Below the pieces are notes generated by a model. That model was not told where the DNA came from. It saw only the letters and a list, made by a program, of their open reading frames with translations, and searched no databases. A DNA stretch of 63,508 bases, counting the filler. It is 4 parts of 4 records of this genome, joined end to end, with 100 filler letters (N's around TTAATTAATTAA, not from the genome) between each part and the next. Parts side by side here need not be neighbours in the genome. Positions count along the whole stretch, not along the records: positions 1 to 14,779 come from DRR723986_4073; 3 more parts are not named here. The stretch is one strand, 5' to 3'. Every line of letters begins with the position of its first letter. The first letter of the stretch is position 1. Positions 1-7,316 of this stretch are shown here, piece by piece. A program made the translations under genes and the position numbers.

Positions 1-966
1 GTCGTCACGGCAATTTTTCGAGGTGCCCAACAGGTTGTTCCGATCCAATCCTAATCGGCTGATTGGTGGTTTAGACTTTAGCGCCGAGTGCGGACGGTGC
101 CAATTGTAGAGATGCGTCCATACGGGCAGCTCCGCCGCGCGGTCTTCTGAGGTCTGGTAGGCGCGGGCATAGGCCCATTCGCGCAAAGCGGTTTGGATGA
201 ACCTTTCAGCTTTGCCATTGGTCTTCGGCGTGTAGGGTTTGGTCCTGATGTGCCGGATGCCGAGCCAGGCGCAGGCTGCCTTGAAGGCATTGGATTTGTA
301 GCAACTGCCGTTGTCCGTCATGACCCGCGCCACCTTCACGCCCATGGACGCATACCACGCCACCGCCGCCTTCAGATGTGCGACTGCGCTGACTGCCTTC
401 TCGTCCGGATGGATTTGAGTGGAGGACAGCCGTGACGCATCATCGATGCAGACATGCACATACTCCCAACCGATCCCGCGACTGTTGGACTGGCCTGTCC
501 TGTCGCCGGTGATGCGATGGCCGGTGCGCTCGAACTTGCCGAGGCGTTTGATATCGAGGTGGATCATGTCGCCGGGATGCTCACGTTCATAGCGCCGCAC
601 CGGCTCGGCAGGCTCCAGATCGCGCAGGCGGCTGAGGCCCGCCCGGCGCAGCACCCGGCTCACCGTGGCAGGCGAAACGCCGGTCTTGGCAGCAACATGC
701 GCCCCCGTCAGGCGTTCACGGCGCAAGGAAATGATCCGCTCCGCGACATCCTCAGGCGTCGGATTGCGCAGAGAATGCGGCCGCGACCGGCGGTCCCGCA
801 AACCGCTTCGGCCCTCCTGTTCATATCGTCGCCACCACTTCGCAGCGGTCTTGGCAGAACAGCCGCAAACGGCCCCGGCTTGCGAAAAGGCCATCCCGGC
901 TGCGATCATCCCAACAAGCCGCTCTCGACCCAAAGGCGTCAGTCTGGCATTCTGATGCACGTTCAT
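1..966 (-). CDS. IS481-family DDE transposase (no stop codon inside the window)
   Basis: Manual translation, absent from the ORF track: MNVHQNARLTPLGRERL...HPGDMIHLDIKRL...VCIDDASRL...VMTDNGSCY...PYTPKTNGKAERFIQT...YNWHRPHSAL...NNLL. The frame is open from 966 to 1. Confidence 0.95.
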   Translation of the reverse strand, partial: MNVHQNARLTPLGRERLVGMIAAGMAFSQAGAVCGCSAKTAAKWWRRYEQEGRSGLRDRRSRPHSLRNPTPEDVAERIISLRRERLTGAHVAAKTGVSPATVSRVLRRAGLSRLRDLEPAEPVRRYEREHPGDMIHLDIKRLGKFERTGHRITGDRTGQSNSRGIGWEYVHVCIDDASRLSSTQIHPDEKAVSAVAHLKAAVAWYASMGVKVARVMTDNGSCYKSNAFKAACAWLGIRHIRTKPYTPKTNGKAERFIQTALREWAYARAYQTSEDRAAELPVWTHLYNWHRPHSALKSKPPISRLGLDRNNLLGTSKNCRDD

Positions 967-1049
967 TCGATCCCTCCGAACAGTGTTGAAGCTTGGTAAC
1001 TCCAACCAACTCGGTCAGGATCGAATGGACAACCTGTTGAAAGCTCACA
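1..1049 (-). mobile_element. IS481-family insertion sequence, right end disrupted or running off the contig
   Basis: On the minus strand the left end reads TGTGAGCTTTCAACAGGTTGTCC from 1049, the typical TGT terminus. The inner IR core CAACAGGTTGTTC recurs at 28-40 without the terminal TGT. The element encloses the transposase. Confidence 0.9.
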
Positions 1050-1060
1050 GCTAGGTCATC

Positions 1061-1092
1061 ACCGTCGCCCCTTCTAGGAAGAGGGCGGCGGT
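1061..1092 (+). terminator. Terminator-like hairpin next to the IS481 left end
   Basis: ACCGTCGCCC-CTTCTAGGAAGA-GGGCGGCGGT followed by TTGATCTTT. Confidence 0.45.
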
Positions 1093-1150
1093 TTGATCTT
1101 TGACGAATGAGGCGGGGAGAGTGGCTTCCCGCGCCGTCGGAGACATTGCC

Positions 1151-1669
1151 ATGTTTGACCTTCCCCTGCCGATCCAACCGAGCCCGCGACCGTTGGGCCC
1201 CGTTCCAAATTGCCCGACTGTCGCTCCTGATCCCAACCTACCTTTCGCGCTGACGCGGATGCACCGGACACCTGCAGCCCTGATGTCGGGCACCGCTGCC
1301 CCCGTAGTCGTTGAGCGTTTTGCGACGCTGGCCGATGCCATGCAGGGCGCGTGTGAACTTGCGGAGGACTACGGCCTCGATCCAGCGCCGCAGCTTCTGG
1401 CCATCCTTGATTGCGACCAGCGCCTGGTTCTTGCCGGGGCCGCCAGTCATGGCGCTGTGGCTTGGTGCCACCCTGTCGCCAATGCCCTTGAGGCGCGGGC
1501 CGTCGTGACCGAGGCGGTTCAACTTCGCGCCCAGGCTGGCCGTGCCATTGATTGGCACGAGCCTGAATTGGCGCAGCGGCTGCGTCACCGTGCTGATCTG
1601 CTGGATGCGCGTCTGGTCGACCCGCTCTGGCGCGCCTTTGCCGCTCGCGCGCTGCAGATCGCGGCGTGA
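1151..1669 (+). CDS. Hypothetical protein of the element backbone
   Basis: GGAGA RBS before ATG 1151; co-oriented with the downstream operon. Confidence 0.7.
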   Translation: MFDLPLPIQPSPRPLGPVPNCPTVAPDPNLPFALTRMHRTPAALMSGTAAPVVVERFATLADAMQGACELAEDYGLDPAPQLLAILDCDQRLVLAGAASHGAVAWCHPVANALEARAVVTEAVQLRAQAGRAIDWHEPELAQRLRHRADLLDARLVDPLWRAFAARALQIAA

Positions 1670-1771
1670 CGCCCGAGAGACAGAGGAGGGATGGGAGGGG
1701 TTTGAGCCTCGGGGGCCAGAAGAGTGCGCCACCTGGGGGGTCTGACCTGTCCTCACCGAACGGAGTTATCC

Positions 1772-2263
1772 ATGACCCAGACTGAACCCACTCTGGCCGC
1801 CCCGCTGCGGCCTTCCACCGTCGATTTCAGGGTGATCCTTGCCGCGCATGCCGAACGCACCGCCCGGACCCTCGCTCTGCGCCCGGGCAACAAAGACCGG
1901 CTCTTCGATGGTCTCATTGCCGCCGGCATCACCCATGTCACTGTGACCTTCGACGGTGCCGGGGACAGCGGCCAGATCGAAAGCATCGGCGCATGGTCCG
2001 GCGAGACCGCCGTCGAGTTCCCGGCGACCGAGATCGCCTATGCGGCACTGACCTGGGACGACCCCGAGGTCGAGATGCGGCAGCTCTCGCTGGAAGATGT
2101 CGTCGAGCAGCTGGCCTACGACTTCCTCTCCGACGCCTATGGCAGTTGGGAAAACAACGACGGCGCTTACGGCGAGTTCTGCTTCGACGCATCCGCACGC
2201 TGTATCCATCTGGAGTTCAACGAGCGCTTCACCTCGTCCGAACTCTACACGCACGATTTCTGA
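1772..2263 (+). CDS. DUF6878-like protein
   Basis: GITHVTVTFDGAGDSGQIE and WENNDGAYGEF motifs; acidic; GGAG RBS. Confidence 0.8.
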   Translation: MTQTEPTLAAPLRPSTVDFRVILAAHAERTARTLALRPGNKDRLFDGLIAAGITHVTVTFDGAGDSGQIESIGAWSGETAVEFPATEIAYAALTWDDPEVEMRQLSLEDVVEQLAYDFLSDAYGSWENNDGAYGEFCFDASARCIHLEFNERFTSSELYTHDF

Positions 2264-2273
2264 GGGGGCGGCG

Positions 2274-2651
2274 ATGGCACATCCCTACCACCACGCGCTG
2301 TCCTCGGTGAAGAAATGGGGCGGCACGGTCGACAATTTTATGGCGGTGCATGCCTGGTTCGACCAGAGCAAGGAGATCACCGCCGACTTCCGGCACCGGG
2401 CCCTGCGGCACCATGCCGAGGGCATATTCATGGCCGAGACGATCTTCGGCCAGACCCTCACGCTCTCGACCGGGCGCATCATCCCGACCCGATGGGTTGG
2501 CGAACAACATGTGAAAGAGGATCTCGGCTTCATCCCGAGCTTTGCCGATTGGGTGAAGGCCATCCGGCCCGAACCCTGGATGGGCCGGTCCGAGCGGATC
2601 GAGGCGCTGGTCGATCCGCATCACGCCTCGCCCGTGGTCGAGGTCAGCTGA
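2274..2651 (+). CDS. DUF6915-like protein (His-rich, putative metal-binding)
   Basis: MAHPYHHALSSVKKWGG, HAWFDQSK, RHRALRHHAEG and EQHVKED motifs. Confidence 0.85.
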   Translation: MAHPYHHALSSVKKWGGTVDNFMAVHAWFDQSKEITADFRHRALRHHAEGIFMAETIFGQTLTLSTGRIIPTRWVGEQHVKEDLGFIPSFADWVKAIRPEPWMGRSERIEALVDPHHASPVVEVS

Positions 2652-2652
2652 C

Positions 2653-2850
2653 ATGACTGATCCCGCATACTTGCGCCTCGGTCTGCCGCCGACGGCATCG
2701 CCTCAGACAGTTCTGCGCGCGGCGGTCCGGGCGCTTCACCCCGACACGCGCGCCGTGCGCAGCTTCCGGACGGCGCGCAAGCGCTTCTACCTGCAGATGC
2801 TTTGTGCGCATGCCGCGCAACAGGCGGCGGGTGACAATCCTACCGGCTGA
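2653..2850 (+). CDS. Small basic hypothetical protein
   Basis: 65-aa ORF starting 2 nt after the DUF6915 stop; Arg-rich. Confidence 0.6.
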   Translation: MTDPAYLRLGLPPTASPQTVLRAAVRALHPDTRAVRSFRTARKRFYLQMLCAHAAQQAAGDNPTG

Positions 2851-2926
2851 TCGCTTCCAACCAACCCTTCATCCCAATCCAGCGCCCGGCCCCAAGGCCC
2901 TGGTTTCTCAATCTCAGGAGGTCCCC

Positions 2927-3346
2927 ATGGCGGATTACTTCAACCATTTCTCATGCCTGATCGACGTCGGCAGCCCCGAAAAGGCCGCCCGCGTACTCGC
3001 GCTGTTTCATGACCTGCGCGCTGCGGATCAGGACGCCGACGACCCGGAGGTGGCGGGTTTCACCCTCGTGCATCAGGACGCGCCCGAGGGCAGCACCCTC
3101 TGGATCCATGATGATGAGCACGGCGATGTCGAGGCGGTCATCCGCTTCGTGCTGCGCCTGGCAGAAGACCTCGACCTCACCGGTCTCTGGGGGTTTCAGT
3201 ACGGTCTGACCTGTTCCCGCCCGCGCCTCGACGCCTTCGGCGGCGGCGCGCATGTCATCGATCTCGGCGCGTGCAAGTCCATCGGCTGGACCAGCAGCCA
3301 GGAATGGCTCGCCGCCGCGCTGAACGGAGAGGACGCCGATGCCTGA
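2927..3346 (+). CDS. Hypothetical protein (MADYFNHFSC...WGFQYGLTCSRPRLDAFGGGA)
   Basis: Strong AGGAGG RBS; overlaps the start of the next gene. Confidence 0.8.
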   Translation: MADYFNHFSCLIDVGSPEKAARVLALFHDLRAADQDADDPEVAGFTLVHQDAPEGSTLWIHDDEHGDVEAVIRFVLRLAEDLDLTGLWGFQYGLTCSRPRLDAFGGGAHVIDLGACKSIGWTSSQEWLAAALNGEDADA

Positions 3347-3983
3347 GGTGATCTGCACCACCGTCTACCAGTTCCCCGAGCTTTCGGAAGCGGCCAAGGA
3401 AAAGGCGCGCAGCTGGTATCGCGAGATCGGGCCCCACGACGATTGGTGGGACGCGGTCTATGAGGATTTCGAGCGGGTCTGCGAAATCCTCGGCATCCGC
3501 CTGAAGACCACGCCCTTCCGCCTGATGGGCGGCGGCACGCGGGCAAAGCCCTGCATTTGGTTCTCCGGCTTCTGGAGCCAGGGCGACGGGGCCTGCTTCG
3601 AGGGCTACCTTAGCCATGCCAAGGGTGCGGCCGCGCGCATCCGCGACTACGCGCCCCAAGACGCGGCGTTGCACGGCATCGCCGACCGGCTGCAGGCCAT
3701 CCAGCGGCGTAACTTCTACCATCTCGCTGCCGAGGTCAGCCACCGCGGCCGCTACTACCACGAATACACCATGGCCGTTGACGTCACGCGGCACAGCCCG
3801 ACCTGGCAGCCACCGACCGAGGACGCCGAGGAGATCGTGACCGAGGCGCTGCGTGATCTGGCCCGCTGGCTCTACCGCCAACTTGAGGCTGAATACGACC
3901 ACCTCACTTCGGACGAGGCCATCGAGGAAGGGATCATCGTCAACGAGTACACCTTCACCGAAGGAGGGCGCCACTTCGGGTGA
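3339..3983 (+). CDS. Acidic plasmid/phage-type protein, often auto-annotated 'antitoxin of toxin-antitoxin stability system'
   Basis: VYQFPELSEAAKEKARSWYR, FSGFWSQGDGACFEG and NEYTFTEGG motifs; function unverified. Confidence 0.75.
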   Translation: MPEVICTTVYQFPELSEAAKEKARSWYREIGPHDDWWDAVYEDFERVCEILGIRLKTTPFRLMGGGTRAKPCIWFSGFWSQGDGACFEGYLSHAKGAAARIRDYAPQDAALHGIADRLQAIQRRNFYHLAAEVSHRGRYYHEYTMAVDVTRHSPTWQPPTEDAEEIVTEALRDLARWLYRQLEAEYDHLTSDEAIEEGIIVNEYTFTEGGRHFG

Positions 3984-4001
3984 GGCGGCACGGTTGAAAA
4001 C

Positions 4002-4029
4002 TGTCAGAAAATTGCGCATTTTTCTGACA
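4002..4029. promoter_or_regulatory. 28-bp palindrome, probable autoregulatory operator of the DUF6088 gene
   Basis: TGTCAGAAAA-TTGCGCAT-TTTTCTGACA directly upstream of the AGGAG RBS. Confidence 0.7.
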
Positions 4030-4040
4030 AAGGAGCGATC

Positions 4041-4634
4041 ATGGAGCGCAGGGCCGAGAGCATTATGAAGGTCGCGATGACGTTGCCGGAGGGGGTGCCC
4101 TTGGCAGCGAAGGGGCTCCTGCACCTCGGCTCGCGCGCGGCGGTCGATCAGACGCTGTCGCGTCTGGCCGCGCGCGGCGAGCTGATCCGTGCGGGACGCG
4201 GCATCTACATGCGCCCGGTCCAGACACGCTTTGGCCCGCGCAGTCCGTCCGCTGAACAGGCGATTGAAGCACTCGCTGTGCAGCGGGGCGAGACGATCGT
4301 CCCGAGCGGTGCTGCCGCGGCAAACGTTTTGGGCCTCGCGACACAGGTGCCGGTCAAGTCGGTTTACCTCACCTCGGGGCGAAGCCGCGTACTGAACCTT
4401 GGCCGGCAAGCGGTCGAACTTCGTCATGCGCCGCGTTGGCAGTTGGCCCTTGGGAGCAAGACCTCCGGCCAGGTTGTCCGGGCTCTTGCCTGGCTCGGAC
4501 CGGATGAGGCTCCCAAGGCCCTGCAAATCCTGCGATCCAAGCTCACGGAGACGGCAAAGACTGAACTGATGTCCGCCGCGCCGCAGTTCCCGACTTGGCT
4601 GGCACGATTGGTTGGAGAGATAGTCCATGGCTGA
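4041..4634 (+). CDS. DUF6088 / AbiEi-like wHTH antitoxin (type IV TA)
   Basis: LGSRAAVDQTLSRL...LIRAGRGIY...GAAAANVLGLATQVP...YLTSG. Confidence 0.85.
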   Translation: MERRAESIMKVAMTLPEGVPLAAKGLLHLGSRAAVDQTLSRLAARGELIRAGRGIYMRPVQTRFGPRSPSAEQAIEALAVQRGETIVPSGAAAANVLGLATQVPVKSVYLTSGRSRVLNLGRQAVELRHAPRWQLALGSKTSGQVVRALAWLGPDEAPKALQILRSKLTETAKTELMSAAPQFPTWLARLVGEIVHG

Positions 4635-4660
4635 GGCATCAGTGCACCTGAGCGCTTTGC
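4627..4660 (+). pseudogene. Probable 5' remnant of the cognate AbiEii toxin gene
   Basis: The ATG overlaps the DUF6088 3' end and reads MAEASVHLSA. The frame then gives only a 67-aa ORF with no nucleotidyltransferase motif. Confidence 0.4.
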
Positions 4661-4750
4661 CTGGTGCCCATCCCGAGGCGGGAGGCAAATTCAAGACAGT
4701 CGACGCAGGGGGCCAATGCTCACCCGCCTCGCGACGGTGCGGTGCACGGT

Positions 4751-5668
4751 TCAGCCCAGAAGCTTCAGCAGGGCGTCGCGCTGCGCAGTGTGCTTTATGG
4801 GGTTGTCGCGCTTCAGCTTACTCAGGTTGAGGAGTTTCCACTGCACGGCTGGCAGGTGTACCGCCTGCAACCGGTCGATGGCCGCAAAGTCCGGCTCACC
4901 GTCTTGAAGTGTCAGAAGGAACTGCCTCGCATTGGCATCGAGTCGCGATTGCACATCGGCGATCATTTTCAGCCGCGTCGCCAGAAGTATGTCTAGGGGG
5001 ACCGGTGTTCTGGTCATGCCCTCGAATTCCCGCGCGTAGGGTTGCCCGAGATCGATCAGGTTCGGATCGAGCAGCTCATGCGCCGGGCGCGGCGAACTGG
5101 CGACATAGATCAGGAAGGTCTGGAAGAGGTCCTGCGTCAGGCCCTCGTTCTCGTAAAGGAGCGTGACGTCGTAGAGATCCCGGGGATGCTGCCTGTCGAG
5201 GGCAGCGTGCAGTTTACCAGCGAACAGGTCTTCGAACGAGACGATCTGCATTTCAGCATAGCCATAAGCATCTTCCACAGCAGCCGAGACAGTCCGGATT
5301 TCCGGGTCGTGGACAACGCCTCGGGTCACGGGCGAGGTTTCGATCTTGATCTCGGCATTGCCGAGGCGCGCCAGAAGCCGCGTGGCTCCACCGCCGCCTC
5401 CTTGGATGCGTTGAGATTTCGCGCCGCGGATACCGGTCTCGATGGATGCGGCGATCCGATCCATCGCGGCGTTGATCTCGTTCAGGCTCTCTGCGCGATC
5501 CTTGATTGGCAGGTAGGTCAGGTCGATATCGACCGACAACCGCGGCAGGTCGCGATAGAACAGGTTGATGGCCGTCCCGCCCTTGAGCGCGAAGACGTTT
5601 TCGCTCGCGACATGGGGCAGGACGCGCACCAGGAGCGCAACTTGGGCTTCATAGGTCTCACGCGCCAT
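4751..5668 (-). CDS. abiEii: AbiEii/AbiGii-family nucleotidyltransferase toxin
   Basis: FALKGGTAINLFYRDLPRLSVDIDL and GKLHAALDRQHPRDLYD motifs. Confidence 0.93.
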   Translation of the reverse strand: MARETYEAQVALLVRVLPHVASENVFALKGGTAINLFYRDLPRLSVDIDLTYLPIKDRAESLNEINAAMDRIAASIETGIRGAKSQRIQGGGGGATRLLARLGNAEIKIETSPVTRGVVHDPEIRTVSAAVEDAYGYAEMQIVSFEDLFAGKLHAALDRQHPRDLYDVTLLYENEGLTQDLFQTFLIYVASSPRPAHELLDPNLIDLGQPYAREFEGMTRTPVPLDILLATRLKMIADVQSRLDANARQFLLTLQDGEPDFAAIDRLQAVHLPAVQWKLLNLSKLKRDNPIKHTAQRDALLKLLG

Positions 5669-6479
5669 TGCCGGCCTCCGGTTTTACGAAATCTTCCGGC
5701 ACCATGATCCGATAGCGCGGGTGGATTTTGCCACCTCGGACCAAGGCTCGGTCGCCGCTGCCGAGGTCGAATGCCTGCGGGTCGACCCGTTTGCGCCAGG
5801 GATGATCGTGGCGGTCGGCAAAGACGAAGAACAGGCGCTTGACCTTGATCTTGCGGCACGCCTGGAGGAGGTCGGCAAGCAGTTTCGGGCGAAGGGTCGT
5901 CAGGCTCTCGAAGACCATATCGAGCGTGTGGAAGCTTTCATGGTCAGGCAACTCGTCCATGGCCTCAAGGATCGCGCGCTCCGGCGTCGACATCGTCAGA
6001 CCCCAGTCCCATGGCTGGCCGGTCGTTTTGCCATCAATCAAGCCCAGTTTCGGATCGGTAAACAAGGATCGGGGGCGGGTTCTGATCGTGGCATCCATCG
6101 GCAGTTTCGCCAGCCAGTTGGGGATACTTTCCCCATAGACCCAGACCGGACCGCTTTCGCCGAGGCGCAGATAGTGGGCATGCCCCTGTTCGCCGAGCGC
6201 CGTGGTGCCGCCCACATGCAGGTCGTGGCCCATAATATGCTGCGTGGAGAGGATGCAGGTCTTCCAGTCGATGCCGTTCGATGTCGGGGTGGCTGCGGTG
6301 CTGGGGAGTGGGCGGCGGAATACGCCTCGGGTGATGCGGTCGAGCCAGCCGCGCTTCACATAGTCACGGAAGCTCTCATAGGCGATGCCTTGGGAGACCA
6401 GCCACGCGGCATCGACCAGATACCCGGCGGGCACTGCATCGAGCAGTTTCTTCAGATTCTGTGACCTTGCGGCGTCCAT
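5658..6479 (-). CDS. abiEi: AbiEi-family antitoxin (alternative TTG start at 6488)
   Basis: YVKRGWLDRITRGVFRR N-terminal HTH; STPERAILE; CRKIKVKRLFFVFADRH; overlaps the abiEii start. Confidence 0.9.
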   Translation of the reverse strand: MDAARSQNLKKLLDAVPAGYLVDAAWLVSQGIAYESFRDYVKRGWLDRITRGVFRRPLPSTAATPTSNGIDWKTCILSTQHIMGHDLHVGGTTALGEQGHAHYLRLGESGPVWVYGESIPNWLAKLPMDATIRTRPRSLFTDPKLGLIDGKTTGQPWDWGLTMSTPERAILEAMDELPDHESFHTLDMVFESLTTLRPKLLADLLQACRKIKVKRLFFVFADRHDHPWRKRVDPQAFDLGSGDRALVRGGKIHPRYRIMVPEDFVKPEAGNGA

Positions 6480-6843
6480 GATACCCAAATAGACATATTT
6501 TCAAAGAGACATCTACAGATTTCTTTGATGAGGATGCTTTTCTGGCGTTATGGACGCTCCAACATCACCATTTCCAAAGAACTGAGGGGCTAGCCCCAAG
6601 TGGAGGAAGATCTGAAGACGCTGGGTCGAGAGACGACTACGACTTGCGGTGGTTGCCGAAGGCCGATGTGGGCACCTCCCGGCGTCCCGCCAGGCCCAGG
6701 TCTTGGTCCTTCGGACAGGAGTTTGACCGAGGCTGATGTCCCGAAGGGCTAATCTGCTGACCTATAGGTTGGCAAATACGCTCGGTTTGCCAAGCCACGG
6801 TATGGCAGAAGCTCCGGAAGGCCGGAGCCAGCCGGTGCCGCGC

Positions 6844-7140
6844 TCACTTGTTCCCGTCGATCCACTTCGACATCAGCCCCTTGTCGCGGAAACACTCATC
6901 CGGGACGGCGCGGCGTTTGATCCGGGCGAGGCGCTCGGCAAAGGCGACCTGTTTGGACGAGGGCAGGCTGTCCAGCGCTGTCGCGGGTGTGAGCTTGGCC
7001 TGTGCGTCGATCCAGGCGCTCAGGGACCGCCGATCTTGCTGAACCTCCCACGGCAAAAGTGTCTGATTGCGCAGGGCCAGAGCGCGCGCATAGGCGATCT
7101 GCTTGGGCGTCGCGGGCAGGGCGTAAGTGGTGCTTTCCAT
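6844..7140 (-). CDS. Small protein made of two tandem ~48-aa repeats
   Basis: LPATPKQIAYARALA...D...S.WID and LPSSKQVAFAERLA...D...S.WID; GGGAG RBS upstream. Confidence 0.85.
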   Translation of the reverse strand: MESTTYALPATPKQIAYARALALRNQTLLPWEVQQDRRSLSAWIDAQAKLTPATALDSLPSSKQVAFAERLARIKRRAVPDECFRDKGLMSKWIDGNK

Positions 7141-7175
7141 CGGGGATCTCCCTTCTTGGCGTGGCTCTTAAAATA

Positions 7176-7190
7176 GAACATAGCAAGAAC
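7176..7190 (-). promoter_or_regulatory. Alphaproteobacterial LexA (SOS) box
   Basis: GAAC-ATAGCAA-GAAC, i.e. GTTC-N7-GTTC on the minus strand, about 35 nt upstream of the 7140 start. Confidence 0.8.
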
Positions 7191-7316
7191 AAAAGCAAGC
7201 TACCTGCGAAAATCATGGGGTTTGAGAGGAAGAGGAGGGCCGGGGAAGGTCAGGCCTGAGGGTGCCCGAAAGAGGGTGTCCGGGCCTGATCCTGTTCCTC
7301 ATTCCGGAGTTTCCCG

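Noticed and set aside
193-999. Plus-strand ORFs 193-435 and 454-999
   Set aside because: Antisense shadows of the IS481 transposase.
3255-4694. 479-aa minus-strand ORF
   Set aside because: Antisense to motif-supported genes in high-GC DNA; no recognisable motifs.
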